Assembly (NCBI GenBank): GCA_030704615.1
Contig: CM060734.1
Coordinates: forward strand, 52,514,001-52,578,000
DNA: 64,000 bases
Direction: 5' to 3'
Source of the DNA: Takakia lepidozioides
Taxonomy: Eukaryota; Plantae; Bryophyta
Position 1 is the first letter of the stretch. Each line of letters begins with the position of its first letter. Below, piece after piece: positions 49,744 through 61,119 of this stretch. The notes beneath the pieces were generated by a model that was not told the origin of the DNA, did no database searches, and worked only from the letters and a program-made list of their open reading frames with translations. Both the position numbers and the translations under genes were made by a program.

Positions 49744-51082
49744 GTATGTCAATCTGTCTGGTCGCCTAGAGATTCCCTAGTCTGTCCTTGGAAGGGTTAA
49801 TTGAAGGAATAAAACTGCTGTAGTACATATGGTCTGGGATCAACTGTCCTGCCACTGCGCTGGTTGATTTTGTACTGTACATATGATTAATAAAGCTGTA
49901 TATGCAACACGTTCTTATTCGTGCTGTCAAATCCACTGTAATTACTTGCAACAGGCTTGCATTGCTGCAAAGAGGCATGGATATAGAATCGTAGTGGGAA
50001 GGGTGACTTACTGTCACACGCTCTGTTAGGTGCCAGGAACTGCGAACCAGTTCTGAATAACAAGCAATTACTGCTAGAGTTTTGGTGAACCGATAGTTGC
50101 AGGTTGAGGCAAGCAAGCTCACATCGAGAAGACCATGGCTGTAACGGGCTTTTGAGCAGATCTGATTTCAGCTACCTAGATGATGTACATCGACGGCACG
50201 GTGTGGTGATTGGGTGGACCGGGAGAGCAGCCCGGTACTGTGCATATTGTAGAAAGCTAGGTTGCATGTGATAGAAATCTGAGTTGGTTTTCTTTGTAAC
50301 AGGCTGTGGGCCTCGCTTATAACGAACAGAGGCTTTGAAATCCCTGTGAATAACAACTCAGGCAAGCGCACATCTGACTGCCTGAAATCTGTCAGAATTG
50401 AACTAGGGAAAGAAAGGTTGATAACACGCTCTGATTATAGGAGTTTATCATAGTCTTTGTGACCCCATCATTTGCCGTCTTCCCACTTTTATTTATGTTT
50501 GGAGGAGAATGTTCTCACTTGTAGGTCAGAGTAGGTTGGAAGCATGCTCCAATATTTGTAGCCACATCAGAAAAGATCAATATTGCTAGCTAGACTGGTC
50601 AATTCCATTCACTTTGACAGTGTCTTGAATATATCATGAGTCTTGGCTCGTATGCCGGCTACAAAGCTTGTCTGGAAGCAAAGGACCTTAATTAGTCTGG
50701 GCCTTATTGTGGGTAGCGGCTGTTTCAAGTAAAGTTCTGCACCAAGCGAGGCACCAAGCTTTCGGTAGACTCTGAAAGATTAGCAAAACATCACATTGTG
50801 GGGTGTGTGGATGGCATGCCTCACTGGCCGGTAGTGACAGCATATTGGAGGTGATCGGATCATGAGTAGTCGTAACAACAGACAGCAAGATCACGACATG
50901 CATGACAGGGTCGGAAGCTCGTCGGAAGCCTTTCAATGACAAGTGACAGTGACAATTTCAGTGAAGCAAATGGTTGTAATTCCTGCCATGTTGTCCATCC
51001 CATCCGCTTTCGAAAGGAACGTCGTTAATTTGGACCATCTCATGGAACCCAACATGTCAAGAGCGTGGAACACACAGCGAAC

Positions 51083-51110
51083 GGACGGACGGACGGACGG
51101 ACGGACGGAC
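51083..51110. repeat. (GGAC)7 microsatellite
   Basis: Directly visible. Confidence 0.9.
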
Positions 51111-52105
51111 AGGTTGGGTCAGATACTGCTCATTTTCAATGCTACCGAATTCAGATAAATGCTGCTGAACATCGTTTTCTGTTTTCAGAAAAAAAAACCC
51201 AATTGATGTGATGGTGTGCAGGCAAGCCGCTGTCACCGGCCCCTTTACAGTTGTTAATTTCACTCGAATCCTTGAATTTACGTTAGGCCCCAGTGTTGGA
51301 AGGGTCCAGTTTTCCGTTCCTGGATGTCTTAGACGTGGGGCCTCAGTCCATGAATTGATATGGACACTTGGACTACCACAACACATGCACAAACCAAAAC
51401 AAAACTAAAAAATGGTGGAGGTGACAATCAATCGTGACTGGCAGGTGCCAACCCAATAATTTCTCAGATCTTTTCTTCATGAATCCAATTTGTTTGACAG
51501 GAATACGACCCCTCCATGACCCCTTAGATATTTCCAGGAACACTCTCAAGACTCTGGATGGCTCGGTTGGTGTGGACTGTGGACAACTACAATTGTATGA
51601 AAAGCACTTCTGAAGCAGACTGAAGATCACTGTGCCAGTGTTGTTCCTGACTCACTTGTAAACTTCTAGTTATGTCGGTGGCAGAGGCAGCAGCTTCCGC
51701 CCCAGCGACTGCAGGATTTGCTAGAACTTAAGGAAACGTAATTATGTCTTGGGTAACAGCCGCAGGTCGTCGGGCCCACCTCCAAAATCGCTCGAGAATC
51801 GCTCAGAAATATTCCCGGTTGCGGCCGTTACCAAATTCGTGAAGGAAAGACGAGTGTCTCGCGCGGAGTCCGCTCGCACTGATCTGCAGAGCAAATTCTA
51901 TAATTACGCTCAAAATATCAGAGTGCACGATTCCTCGGGGGCGCAGGCGGCAGCACTGCGGGCGTGGGTAGTATATAAACCGCGCTGTGCTTCTCGTTCT
52001 TCTTCATTGGGAGGTCTCCTTCGCTGCTGCCACAGCGACTGGTTTCATTCTGAGATTCTGCCGTGGGTTCTCTTGTAGTGCGTTACTTGTTGCAGGTCAA
52101 CAGCC

Positions 52106-52576
52106 ATGGCTTCCTGGACGCTGAAGCCCGGACTGGGCCACATTGTGTGTGCTCTCGTGGTGATAATACTACTAGGCAAGCAGGTACACTGTGAGGACAC
52201 CGGGGTGGCTCTGCAGGGGCGAGTGCAGGGGTCTTCTCTCATATCTCTCACTCCAGAGTGCACAGTACACATCTACAACGACCTAAAGGAGAACATTCAA
52301 GTCCACTGTGCTTCTGGAGATGATAGCCTTGGCTGGGTTACAATTGTTCCGGGCCAGCTGTGGGGTTTTGGGTTCCATCAGAATTTTTGGGGAAGAACCC
52401 TATTTGCATGTGATTTTCAGGCTCCTGGCTATCCAAGTACTCATTTTCCCGTTTGGGCAGGCAACCAGTACGTTGAGATCTTCCCTTACTGCGCTAAGTG
52501 CACCTGGACCGTTATGACCAATGGCATCTACTTCGCAGCCACTACCGTTCACTATAATTGGGGTGATCATTACTAA
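52106..52576 (+). CDS. S-protein homologue (SPH), subtype D, 156 aa
   Basis: Signal peptide to QVHC/ED; about 20-aa extension with an extra Cys; VHCASGDDSLGW, FHQNFWGRTLFACDF, CAKCTWTV..GIY, YNW; TATATAAA near 51973. Confidence 0.9.
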   Translation: MASWTLKPGLGHIVCALVVIILLGKQVHCEDTGVALQGRVQGSSLISLTPECTVHIYNDLKENIQVHCASGDDSLGWVTIVPGQLWGFGFHQNFWGRTLFACDFQAPGYPSTHFPVWAGNQYVEIFPYCAKCTWTVMTNGIYFAATTVHYNWGDHY

Positions 52577-53877
52577 GGTTTGTCTTTGACACATCCCTTA
52601 CCAGTCATCCTAACTCCTTGAGCACCGGTTCCTAATTCAGATAGTACCGAAGCAGTGAATATATTCCTTCAATCTATAAGAAAACAACAGCTCTCAATGA
52701 GAGGGACGCTCATGAAGATAAATCAACTCTGCCTGAATATCATGTGATAAATAAATCTCCACAATGGTCATGAATTTGATCAGCTATGTTGTGACAATCT
52801 ACTCTATAGCGTGACATAGACACTGCCTTGAATATGTTTGGATTGAAACTAGATTGCCAATAGAATGTACTCATTGCTAGACGTTGTTTGCCGTAGCCTT
52901 GTGGCCATTGACCTTGCAGCCAGTTTGAGCGGAACACAGATTGCCAATAGAATCAAACTGAGAGCTAGGATGGACTAGATTACTATCTTGGTTGGAGCCA
53001 CAGTTGTATGTTATTTTCATTTGGTCGATCATTACAATGCAAGCGATTGGCAAGAAAAGCATGGAGATGTGCAAATGAAGGTGATGAGGCCGGAGGTGGC
53101 TACTGCAACCGGATTGAGCGCGTAGGCCATACCTTGACGTCAAGTTGAGAGGGGGGCTGCACAGGAGATGGATGTGAATTTCTCTCTCAATCGCCGGCAT
53201 GCTAGGCTAGTTTCGCAGATCACTAGTAAGCTCAGATGCTCCTGTGATAAAGGACGATGATGACAGATTACACATCGATAAGATGATCATGCATGTAAGC
53301 AGGTTGGGCGGACTGGACAGTGTATTCCAGGGTTGTACATAGTGTAGTTGGCGTAGAGATTCAGTCATAAAGTGTGACCCCACCTTCTCATCGGAAGGCA
53401 GTAGCCCTTCGGGGTCAAGTGACACCATGAGTCACTCTTGCTTCAGCAAGACTCCACATTTTCTTTTTCTTTTTCCTTTGGGTTTCGGAACACGATCTGA
53501 ATAAGCAAATGGTCACCAATGAAGAAACTCATTAGGAAAATGCAAATGATAAAAATTTAATATCCGGACGTCACGTGAATCTGGTTTGTAGTTGGATGTG
53601 ACTCTGGGGAATCTTTTGTATGTCTGTCAATTTTCGTGGGACAGGCGAGAAAAGTATCTGATTTAGTTGCACGACCTCCCAAACACAAGTGATCGAGATC
53701 GATGTAATGGGCCACAGCCGAAGTGCTGGGCCAAGCGCGCATATAAACAATGCCTCTATGCTGTTCTTTCGCACTGCTCTAGGTACGCCTGCATTCTCCC
53801 GCCCCTAGCGAATTCATCTTCGGTTCGCTGGAAGATTGTTTGTAGACGAGTCAGAGTGAGAAGGTAGAACATCAGCC

Positions 53878-54358
53878 ATGATTGAGTGATCCAAGGTGAA
53901 GCCCGGGGTAGCCCACATAGTTTGTGCTCTCATATTGATGATAGTGTTCGGGCAGGTACATTGTGACGACATCACCACCCCTCTGCGGGCTGCACCTTCT
54001 CTCGTTCATTTCACCCCCCATGGCTCAGTGAACATAATCAACAACCTGGGCGAAAACGTTCAAGTCCATTAACAATATTGTGCCTCCAAAAACGATCAGC
54101 TTGGCTGGCATACACTTGTTCCCTCCCAGACATATGGTTTCGGGTTTTATGAGAATCTCTGGACTAGAACGCTTTTTGCATGTGATTTTCTGGCATCAGG
54201 GTATCCAGATACTCATTTTTCCTGTATGGATAGGCAGGTACTACCAGTCTCCGTGGGACTGCCGAGATAGCATCTGGAGTGTTCGGCCGGATGGAATTCA
54301 CTTGCTGACGGACAGGAAAGGCAGTCCTTGGTCCTACAACTGGGGCGTCCAACTGTAA
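53878..54358 (+). pseudogene. SPH pseudogene (subtype D/A-like)
   Basis: Full-length SPH homology, but with TGA at codon 4, a 9-bp insertion creating TAA within VHC, a +1 frameshift at CATTTTTCCT, and the fourth Cys changed to Ser (CRDS). Confidence 0.9.
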
Positions 54359-54869
54359 GGTTTGTCTTCGCATCATTCACTTCCCTTCGTCAGTTTTGAT
54401 TGATGGAAAATACTTATGACGCCTTGTTGACAAGTTCAGATTCAGATAGTAGCCCTACCGTTCAAGATTGAAGTCTAAATAAGTCTGTGCCGATCGACGA
54501 CCAGAACGCTCGCAGAACGTTGGAATGAACAAGGAATGAACTTGAGCTATCCAGGACGAGTAGGATGGGTATCACTACATTAGAGGAATCCGAGTCATCC
54601 GACACCATGGATGGTGATGGTGCAGAATATTTGTCACCTTATTACCTTATTCCATAATTAGGTTAAAAATATCTAGAGGGCCTACCTTCCTTATCGGCCA
54701 AGATTGATATCATCGACGGAGGCTCGAGGGCCAGGAGTATATAAAGCCCGCCATCTGCTGTTCATTTCATCTCATCGCACAGGTGCCTGATCTGTGTTTT
54801 GCTTTACTGTGTAATATAGCAGTTGCATCTCCCCACCAGAGGGGGAGGTTAGCAACTAGAGCAGGATCC

Positions 54870-55280
54870 ATGGCTGAGTCGAAGGTGAAAGCCGGGTTGC
54901 AGGTCCACATAGTTTGGGTGTTCCTGGTGATGATACTAATGGGGAAGGTACACTGTGATGACAACGTGAACATAGTCAACAACCTGGGGATAAGCCTTGT
55001 AGTCCATTGCGCCTCCAGGAACAGTGACTTACGCTGGCAGACAATTGCTCGAGGACAGACTTGGGGTTTCGGGTTCACACAGAACATATGGGGAACCACA
55101 TTGTTTGCATGTGATTTTCAGGCCTATGGCTATCCAAAAACTCATTTTCCTGTATGGGCAGGTACCAGGTACACTAAGAAATATCTCTGGTTCTGCAGTC
55201 AGTGCTTGTGGACTGTTTCTTCCAGTGGCATGGAGTTGAACGATTTTGCTTACCACTACAACTGGGGTGAACAGTCATAA
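54870..55280 (+). CDS. S-protein homologue (SPH), subtype B, 136 aa
   Basis: About 90% identical to the 27520 protein; DLRW replaces the conserved DLGW. Confidence 0.88.
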   Translation: MAESKVKAGLQVHIVWVFLVMILMGKVHCDDNVNIVNNLGISLVVHCASRNSDLRWQTIARGQTWGFGFTQNIWGTTLFACDFQAYGYPKTHFPVWAGTRYTKKYLWFCSQCLWTVSSSGMELNDFAYHYNWGEQS

Positions 55281-55662
55281 GGTAATTGTCTTACCAGTTT
55301 CTCTAGTAACAGTCACTGAATGCGAAATTCTGTTCTTTGTAATCTAGGGGCCAAGTATGTGAGTCCAGTTCTGGTTGTTCAGAGAACTGATTGAATCCGT
55401 GCAATATTGTGCAGACGGGTGTTGACAATGATAATCACAGCTGCAGACAGAAGAGTTTACTACTCAGCTGCTGCTCTGCAAGTGACAGTCCCTGCGGTAT
55501 GACCTAGTGCAGATGATTATGGATCTGAGATTGAATGGATTAATAAAACTGTTATGTACAATTCAAGCTGGAAAACATTTTGGCCCCACTTGAAATGTTT
55601 TTGTGCATAGTCTACAGACATACAAAATGATGTGTATGCAACTTACTCCACCTTTTCTTGGA

Positions 55663-56257
55663 CAATTCATATTCTCTTACATCGATTCCTCCTTTCTTCA
55701 TTCGTCGCTTCGTTCCATCAATGAATGCTAATTCGAGGCAGGCCCATCTACTGATCCAGTATATATATTCATCGATACAGCTATGTACCCATCCATAAAC
55801 ATAGGAGTATTCTATATATACACGAGTACGTCCACGTGCTGTCAACACCCTAGGCTGATCTGCAGGAGTTGCAGAAGAGGAGCTAGAGAGCCTGGAAAAC
55901 TAGCTACCCATGCTTGTATTCTTGGACTGGAGCTACCCATATCCGAGGTTGGTCCATAGGCACAGATCTGCATACATAAGGCCGCATCTAGGTACCCAAT
56001 CTACAGGCAGAGATACACTAGCGGAACCTGAATTTTTCCCGTGTTACTAAGGGAGACCAACTTGAGAATCTATAGTCTGTAGACAGGGGAGCACTGCCCT
56101 AGAATCAAAGACTAGAAGCTCATCCAGGCTTGCAGCTGGTCCTACTTCTCCTGCTACGGAGTCAAATCCAGGTGACAGTGATACAGGTTGTATCATTAAA
56201 ATAGACACCGTGATTCCCATAAGATTTTTGTGTACGCCCTGCGATAACTCTACACAA
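55663..56257. mobile_element. Unclassified ~595-bp insertion private to this SPH-B unit
   Basis: The paralogous units read CTTGGAGCCTGATTTGTATGC; here about 595 bp sits between CTTGGA and ATTTGTATGC. Confidence 0.6.
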
Positions 56258-57675
56258 TTTGTATGCAACGGTGTCTTCAAACTGACTTGTGCTTCCAAAA
56301 TGAAGAATGTGTATGCAACAATATAACCTGCGCTTAAATCAATACTAAAATGCATATCTGGACCTTGGCATTTTACATGTCCACACTCCACACCATTTCA
56401 AACCAAATGTTTTACACACTTGGACCCTCAGATAATAGCAATTCTGTGGAATTGGCCAACTCTGCTTTGAACCACCCACCACTTACTTGCAAGACCCTAA
56501 ATCTGGCCTTAAGTTAGGCTAGATCAAGTATCACTGCAAATTAATATTATATCAGAGAAACTAATATTTGACATTATCTACAATTAGAAGGACAGCCTGG
56601 CCATGATGGCCTCCTTCCTTATAGTGCCTCCTTCCTTCGGTTAGCCGTGGGTGACGTTCAACATACACCTTTGTGGCGTTGAACCCACGACCACTTATAA
56701 GGGGGCTTTGTGTAGTAACCACTAGGCCAGCATCTGTTCAATGGATGCTTCATCCATTTGAGTAATATAAACATGAGATATTTAGACTGGTTATATAATA
56801 GTTAATGATTGTGTTGTGGTTCAGATCCAGACCAACCAAGGCCATTTATAGTGACCGGTTGATGGGAATCTATTGTTCATATGGTTTGCCAGAGAATAGT
56901 ATCCAACCTTTGCAAATATCTAAGGGGTCATCTTTTGAATTTCCTCTTTGGAAATTAATGCAGTTGCCTGTCACTGTAACTCAGCCCCAGCCAGGGTCCA
57001 TCCATATGAACAATGTTCCTATCGAAAGCGGATGGGATGAATATACATGTGGGGTCAGCACTCGGTCAGCACGAACAGGCGTTAGCTGATACATGTAATA
57101 TGATTTATAAAACTGTCACTTGTCGAAGGATCCCCTTCAATATACATGAAAAATTCTGTCTTACTCATCGGCTCTATCTGCTATCCAGTATTGGGGCCAA
57201 CTTTCTTGTAGAACAGACTGGAATTACAGACTAGGGTAAATAGATATAATCCTACACTAGTGGTTATGAGAGGATTGTTCACCTATGCCTGTAGTTGTGG
57301 CCAAAAACATTAGTGTCCATTGGAATCAATCTGCTGTCCTCTCTTTGCTAGTGCTTAGCCTTATTTCAAAAATAGTAAAAACTGAAACTGCCCAACAGAT
57401 ATCCAGATTTCAAAATTGTTGGTGCAGTTTCTTGAGTCAATACTGGGGAGTGGGAGTGGGAGTGGGAGTGGGGATCAATATCTAGACAATGAAGCCTCAC
57501 CCACAAAGGTTAGCAAGCGCTGGGGTTTTAGGATATGCAGTATAAACCATGCAGCCTAGAGCTGCAGACAGCCTATGCTGAGCCTATGCCTACTTCATAC
57601 TCTTTTGCCCTATTTGTGCTGGCTGCCCTAGGAGAGTTCATCTTAATTAGCTTCAGTTTGGGTTTCTTTGCATCA

Positions 57676-57765
57676 GTGGCTGAGTGCAATGTCATCATGA
57701 AGCCTAGGGTGGCCCACTTGGATGTAAGTTTGCTCTATTAATGATGGTAATGGTGGGGCAGGTCG
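57676..57765 (+). pseudogene. SPH signal-peptide remnant
   Basis: GTGGCTGAG..ATGAAGCCTAGGGTGGCCCAC..TTAATGATGGTAATGGTGGGGCAGGTC matches the KPGVAH..MMVMVGQV leader of other SPH genes. It is preceded by an SPH-like 5' UTR and has no mature domain. Confidence 0.6.
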
Positions 57766-58449
57766 GCCTCTGAAGTGAATCTCAATAGCGTCAATACACC
57801 TTGCACGGACATATATGATAGTACTGTTGCGTGGTCTCCTAAGGGAGGAGCAAGGGGGAGCCAGAAAAAATTATGGGCTTGTTACCTCACCAATAGCGAG
57901 CCAATAGCACTCTTAGACACTTACTGTATCCAATCAAATTAGGGAGGAGTTCCAACCTTGACCTTGCAGCTAGTTAAATATAATTCTTTTGCAACCTTGG
58001 GCTTCCCGACATGGCCAAATGCAACTATCACACTAAGGCCTCCTGTCATTGTCATTGTCTCATGATGGGTGTTTCAGAGAATCAACCTTACTTCTCCCAA
58101 CCATGAACTCCATGGATCTCCTCTTCATCTATTAATTAAGTTAACTAATCGCTGCGGCTTGCCATCGACTGATGATTATGCTTAGTGCTACCAAATCACC
58201 TCTAGGAAAGTTCCGTCTTCAACTGGTTGAGCTAGAGGTCCCACCCCTTGTCTTAAAGAAGATTTCCCCCATCGCTTAAAGCAGCTGCAGACTGGTGACA
58301 CTGGCGCAGGGTGCCTTTGGGAGTAGACAAACATTCGTAGCTGGCGCTCTTCTTCTCACCTCCCAGGCTATTTGTGCTTGCTTTGCTATGACTTCATCTT
58401 AGCCTCACCTACACTTCCTTTGGCGGAGTCTAAATTCTCTTCAGCAGCG

Positions 58450-58896
58450 ATGGGCGAACTAAAGATGAAGCTGGGAGTGACTTACATGGTTTGTGTTCTC
58501 TTCATACTGCAGGTATTCATGTTTCAGATCATGAATTGTGAGGACACCGAGCGCACCATCATCGACACCTTTATGGAAAGGGATACAGTCAACATCGTCA
58601 ACTACCTCTCGACCACAATTCAAGTCCATTGTGCCTCAAGAGACGACCGCCTTGGTTGGCATACACTTACTCCCTCCGAATATTGGGGGTTTGGTTTCAC
58701 ACAGAATATCTGGGGATCAACGTTGTTTGCATGTGATTTCCAGGCCCCTGGATTTCCACAAACTCATTTTCCTGTATGGGCAGGTTTTACTTACCATTTA
58801 CCCTGGTTTTGCAAGAACTGTATCTGGAGTGTGTATCCCACTGGGATTTTCCTGAACGAGTATGTTTTTGTATATCCTTGGGGTCAAATGTCGTAA
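58450..58896 (+). CDS. S-protein homologue (SPH), subtype C, 148 aa
   Basis: Closest paralogue of the 44109 gene; all SPH motifs and four mature Cys are present. Confidence 0.9.
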   Translation: MGELKMKLGVTYMVCVLFILQVFMFQIMNCEDTERTIIDTFMERDTVNIVNYLSTTIQVHCASRDDRLGWHTLTPSEYWGFGFTQNIWGSTLFACDFQAPGFPQTHFPVWAGFTYHLPWFCKNCIWSVYPTGIFLNEYVFVYPWGQMS

Positions 58897-61119
58897 GTAA
58901 GTCAATCTATATGGTGGCCTCGAGACTCCCTAGTGTTCCAGGGATAATTAAAGGAATAAAATCTCTACAGTACGGTCTGCACGAGGGTCTGCAGGAATCA
59001 ACTGTCCTGCAAGTCCACTAGTTGATTTTTGTACTGTACATACGAATAAAGCTGTATATGCAACCGCAATTTTATTCGTGTTGTCAAATCTACTGTAATT
59101 GTTTGCATATGCAAAGACCCACATAATAGAATCGTAGTGGGAGCGGGTGACATATTGTCGCACGCTATGAATGCAGGAGTTAACCATAGTTTTTGTGATA
59201 TCCAAGTTTCACTTGCCATCTTCCCCACTTTTGAGTTTTATTTGGTATGTTTGGAGGAGAATGTTCTCTCTTGTAGTTCAGAGTACTGGGTTTGAAGCAT
59301 GCTCCAATATTTACATCAGAAAAGATCAATATTGCTTTAAACTAGACGGATTCCTTCACTTCAGCGTCTTGTATATATGCATGAGTATTGGCTTCTATGC
59401 TTAGACTATGCTACAAAGAATGTCTGGAAGTAATGGACCTTACTCTGGCCTTAGTCTTGTATATATCACGAGTATTGGCTTGAGTCTATGCCAGCTACAA
59501 AGCCTGTCTGGAAACCACTTAATGGACCTTACTCTGGGCCTTTTTGGGGGTACTGGCTATTTAAGTTAAATTTCTGCACCCAGCTTTTGTTAGATGCTGA
59601 TAACTTTGCCAAACATCAAAACATCAAATTGTGGGGACCAGTGTGTGTGGCATGCCTGACTGGCCGGTAGCTGAAAACATAATCAAGACATATCAGCGGA
59701 AGCTTGCCTTTTAATGACAAGTGAGAGTGACCGTTACAGTGAAGAAGATGGAATCAACTAAGAAAAAATCCAAGTGATGTGATGGTGCACAGGCAAGCCG
59801 CAGTCACTCCTTCACAACTGTTAATTTGATTCGATGTTAATCTTTGAAAGATTCCCGAATGGAAGGGTGCAGTTCCATGGAAAATTACTCGGAAATCTTT
59901 CATTTCGGGTTTCCGTTCCTGGATGTCTTAGACGTGGGCCCTCAGTCCATGAATTGATATGCACACTTGAACTACCACAACACATGCACAAACCAAAAGA
60001 ATAGTAAAAAATGGTGGAGGCGACAATCAACCATGACTTGCATGTGCCAACCCAATAATTTCTCAGTTTTCTTGATGAATCCAGTTTGTTTCAGAGGAAT
60101 ACGACCCTCCATGACCCCTTCGATATTTTCAGGAAGACTGTCGAGATGAGCACAGATGCCCATCACCTCCCTGGCCACTCTGAATATCTCAACAGGATAC
60201 AATAAGGGTTTTAAAAAGTAATTAACATAAAGAGCACAAAATCGGTTCCCATTCCTTCCTCCCTTCACGCGCGTCATCCTACGTGTGCTGCTCCGCCGTG
60301 CCCATCCGCACTCCATGGACTTACTTGCCAGCAAGTCCATCCCGCCTCGGCTCACAGTAAATCCTGACGGGAATATGCCTCGAAATACTCCCGCTCAAAT
60401 TGGAGGAACATAAATTCTGAGCGTTCTTCAGGTTCGGGAAGGCCCCTGCCCGCGGGCATCCACGATTTAAGGGCTACCAGCCTGGGGGCTACAGTCTGCC
60501 CTGGATGAATGTTAACCCCTAAGCGACGAGAGCAGTTTTTCGATTTTTGGACAATTCCGGGACCCACCCTCACACGTCAGCGTGTACCTGCCTACCAACG
60601 TTCATCCACGTGGATGAATCGTACAAACTCATTCCTACCTATCAGAAGGACAACTTGGCCAAATTTGGGGAGATTTCACCATTTAGTTTGGGAGATTATA
60701 ACAATTGAAGACGGTGCACTTTTTGGAAAATGGAAAAAACAAAGGAAAACTTCATGTTTGAACAAGCAAAGAATCCATGTTAAAATTTTGCTGCGAGAAA
60801 AAGTGTTATATTCTAGTGAAGGGCCGCATCCCAATCCCTCACACCAAATTTCACCCCAATCTGCCAAAAATTATGGGGGGTGCTTTGTATGTGAAATCTG
60901 GGGGGTAACTTATCATGATTTGGCGTCTTACCCAAGTAGGGTATGTCAGCTTGATTTCCTTCAAATCCCCAGCCCTGCGGGCTTTTAATCTCTTTTCATA
61001 GGGACTCTACTGGTCCCTAGGGTCTGGACTCGATTAGTTACGTCCTAAATGACATACCCGCCCCAACAAATCTTGAGGCTGTTTCAAAAACCCTGCCCTT
61101 GTTATGTATCAGTTATTTT

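Noticed and set aside
44197-58855. Conserved 105-aa alternative-frame ORFs (44197, 49382, 58538) and antisense ORFs over SPH genes
   Set aside because: They start at non-ATG codons, and their conservation follows from recent duplication of the SPH coding sequence.
24000-61000. A linked PrpS-like or kinase receptor gene forming a two-component S-locus
   Set aside because: No multi-pass membrane or kinase ORF is recognisable in the window, so a self-incompatibility role cannot be claimed from this sequence.
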